Source: Dendrobates tinctorius (taxonomy: Eukaryota). Taken from it: DNA of 64,000 bases. This document shows positions 62,820-64,000 of the stretch, piece after piece. The translations under genes were made by a program, and so were the position numbers. Position 1 is the stretch's first letter. Each line of letters opens with the position of its first letter. The stretch is taken from contig NW_027361686.1 in NCBI RefSeq assembly GCF_039654945.1, positions 17,236,001-17,300,000 of the forward strand, in the 5' to 3' direction. The notes under the pieces were generated by a model. The model was not told where the DNA came from and searched no databases. It worked only from the letters and a program-made list of their open reading frames with translations.

Positions 62820-64000
62820 AAATATATTTGTACATTTGGTAATATTCCATATGATGTGTGTATATATACAGTCTGTATATCTACTGTATAGATTTGTACA
62901 CATGGTAATATTCCATTTGATGTGTGTATATATACAGTCTGTATCTACTGTATAGATTTGTACTCATGGTAATATTCCATATGATGTGTGTGTGTATATA
63001 CAGTCTGTATATCTGCTGTATAGATTTGTACACATGGTAATATTCCATATGATGTGTGTATATATACAGTCTGTATCTACTGTATAGATTTGTACACATG
63101 GTAATATTCCATATGATGTGTGTATATATAGTCTGTATATCTACTGTATAGATTTGTACACATGGTAATATTCCATATGATGTGTGTATATATACAGTCT
63201 GTATATCTACTGTATAGATTTGTACACATGGTAATATTCCATATGATGTGTGTATATATAGTCTGTATATCTACTGTATAGATTTGTACTCATGGTAATA
63301 TTCCATATGATGTGTGTGTATATATACAGTCTGTATATCTACTGTATAGATTTGTACACATGGTAATATTCCATATGATGTGTGTATATATAGTCTGTAT
63401 ATCTACTGTATAGATTTGTACACATGGTAATATTCCATATGATGTGTGTATATATACAGTCTGTATATCTACTGTATAGATTTGTACACATGGTAATATT
63501 CCGTATGATGTGTGTATATATACAGTCTGTATATCTACGGTATAGATTTGTACACATGGTAATATTCCATATGATGTGTGTGTGTATATATAGTCTGTAT
63601 ATCTACTGTATAGATTTGTACACATGGTAATATTCCGTATGATGTGTGTATATATACAGTCTGTATATCTACGGTATAGATTTGTACACATGGTAATATT
63701 CCATATGATGTGTGTATATATACAGTCTGTATATCTACTGTATAGATTTGTACACATGGTAATATTCCATATGATGTGTGTGTATATACAGTCTGTATAT
63801 CTACTGTATAGATTTGTACACATGGTAATATTCCATATGATGTGTGTGTATATACAGTCTGTATATCTACTGTATAGATTTGTATACATGGTAATATTCC
63901 ATATGATGTGTGTGTATATATACAGTCTGTATCTACTGTATAGATTTGTACACATGGTATTATTCCATATGATGTGTGTGTGTGTATATATACAGTCTGT
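62820..64000. repeat. AT-rich 64-68-bp tandem repeat, ~18 copies, runs off the window
   Basis: Unit CATGGTAATATTCCATATGA(TG)n(TA)nCAGTCTGTATATCTACTGTATAGATTTGTACA. Confidence 0.97.

Noticed and set aside
63290-63955. 221-aa repetitive ORF
   Set aside because: Translation of the 64-68-bp tandem repeat.

Overview
Eukaryotic vertebrate DNA, most likely from an anuran amphibian. This is an inference from the repeat families present: IR-DR Tc1, TTAA/AGG-ended T2-Kolobok MITEs, TWA Harbinger MITEs, DIRS, L2 and V-SINE. No intact protein-coding gene, rRNA, tRNA gene or CRISPR array is visible. Bases 1-28.4 kb are a stack of nested transposons. An old Tc1 is split by a solo LTR, which holds a Harbinger-type element, which in turn holds a younger Tc1 and a Gmr1-type (SCAN-gag, PR-IN-RT-RH) LTR retrotransposon. 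After these come an L2 LINE with a solo LTR, a second Ty3/Gypsy element with its own solo-LTR insertion, and another Tc1. At about 28.7-29.0 kb is a CpG-island promoter with a probable first exon of an unidentified host gene on the + strand, followed by a 35-bp minisatellite rich in CRE/ETS/YY1-like motifs. The rest looks like intron. It contains MITEs, a DIRS remnant, a nearly complete hAT transposase with related non-autonomous copies carrying a 123-bp satellite, a Helentron/DINE-like element interrupted by a piggyBac-like element, Penelope-type hammerhead remnants and minisatellites. There is also one strong candidate exon at 60824-61057. I do not see a convincing wholly new biological system. 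The best leads are the promoter-proximal motif array, the remodelled LTR with a flipped hairpin, the Helentron-like element, the satellite-bearing hAT MITE family and a hammerhead-like motif with an 11-nt pseudoknot-like pairing.
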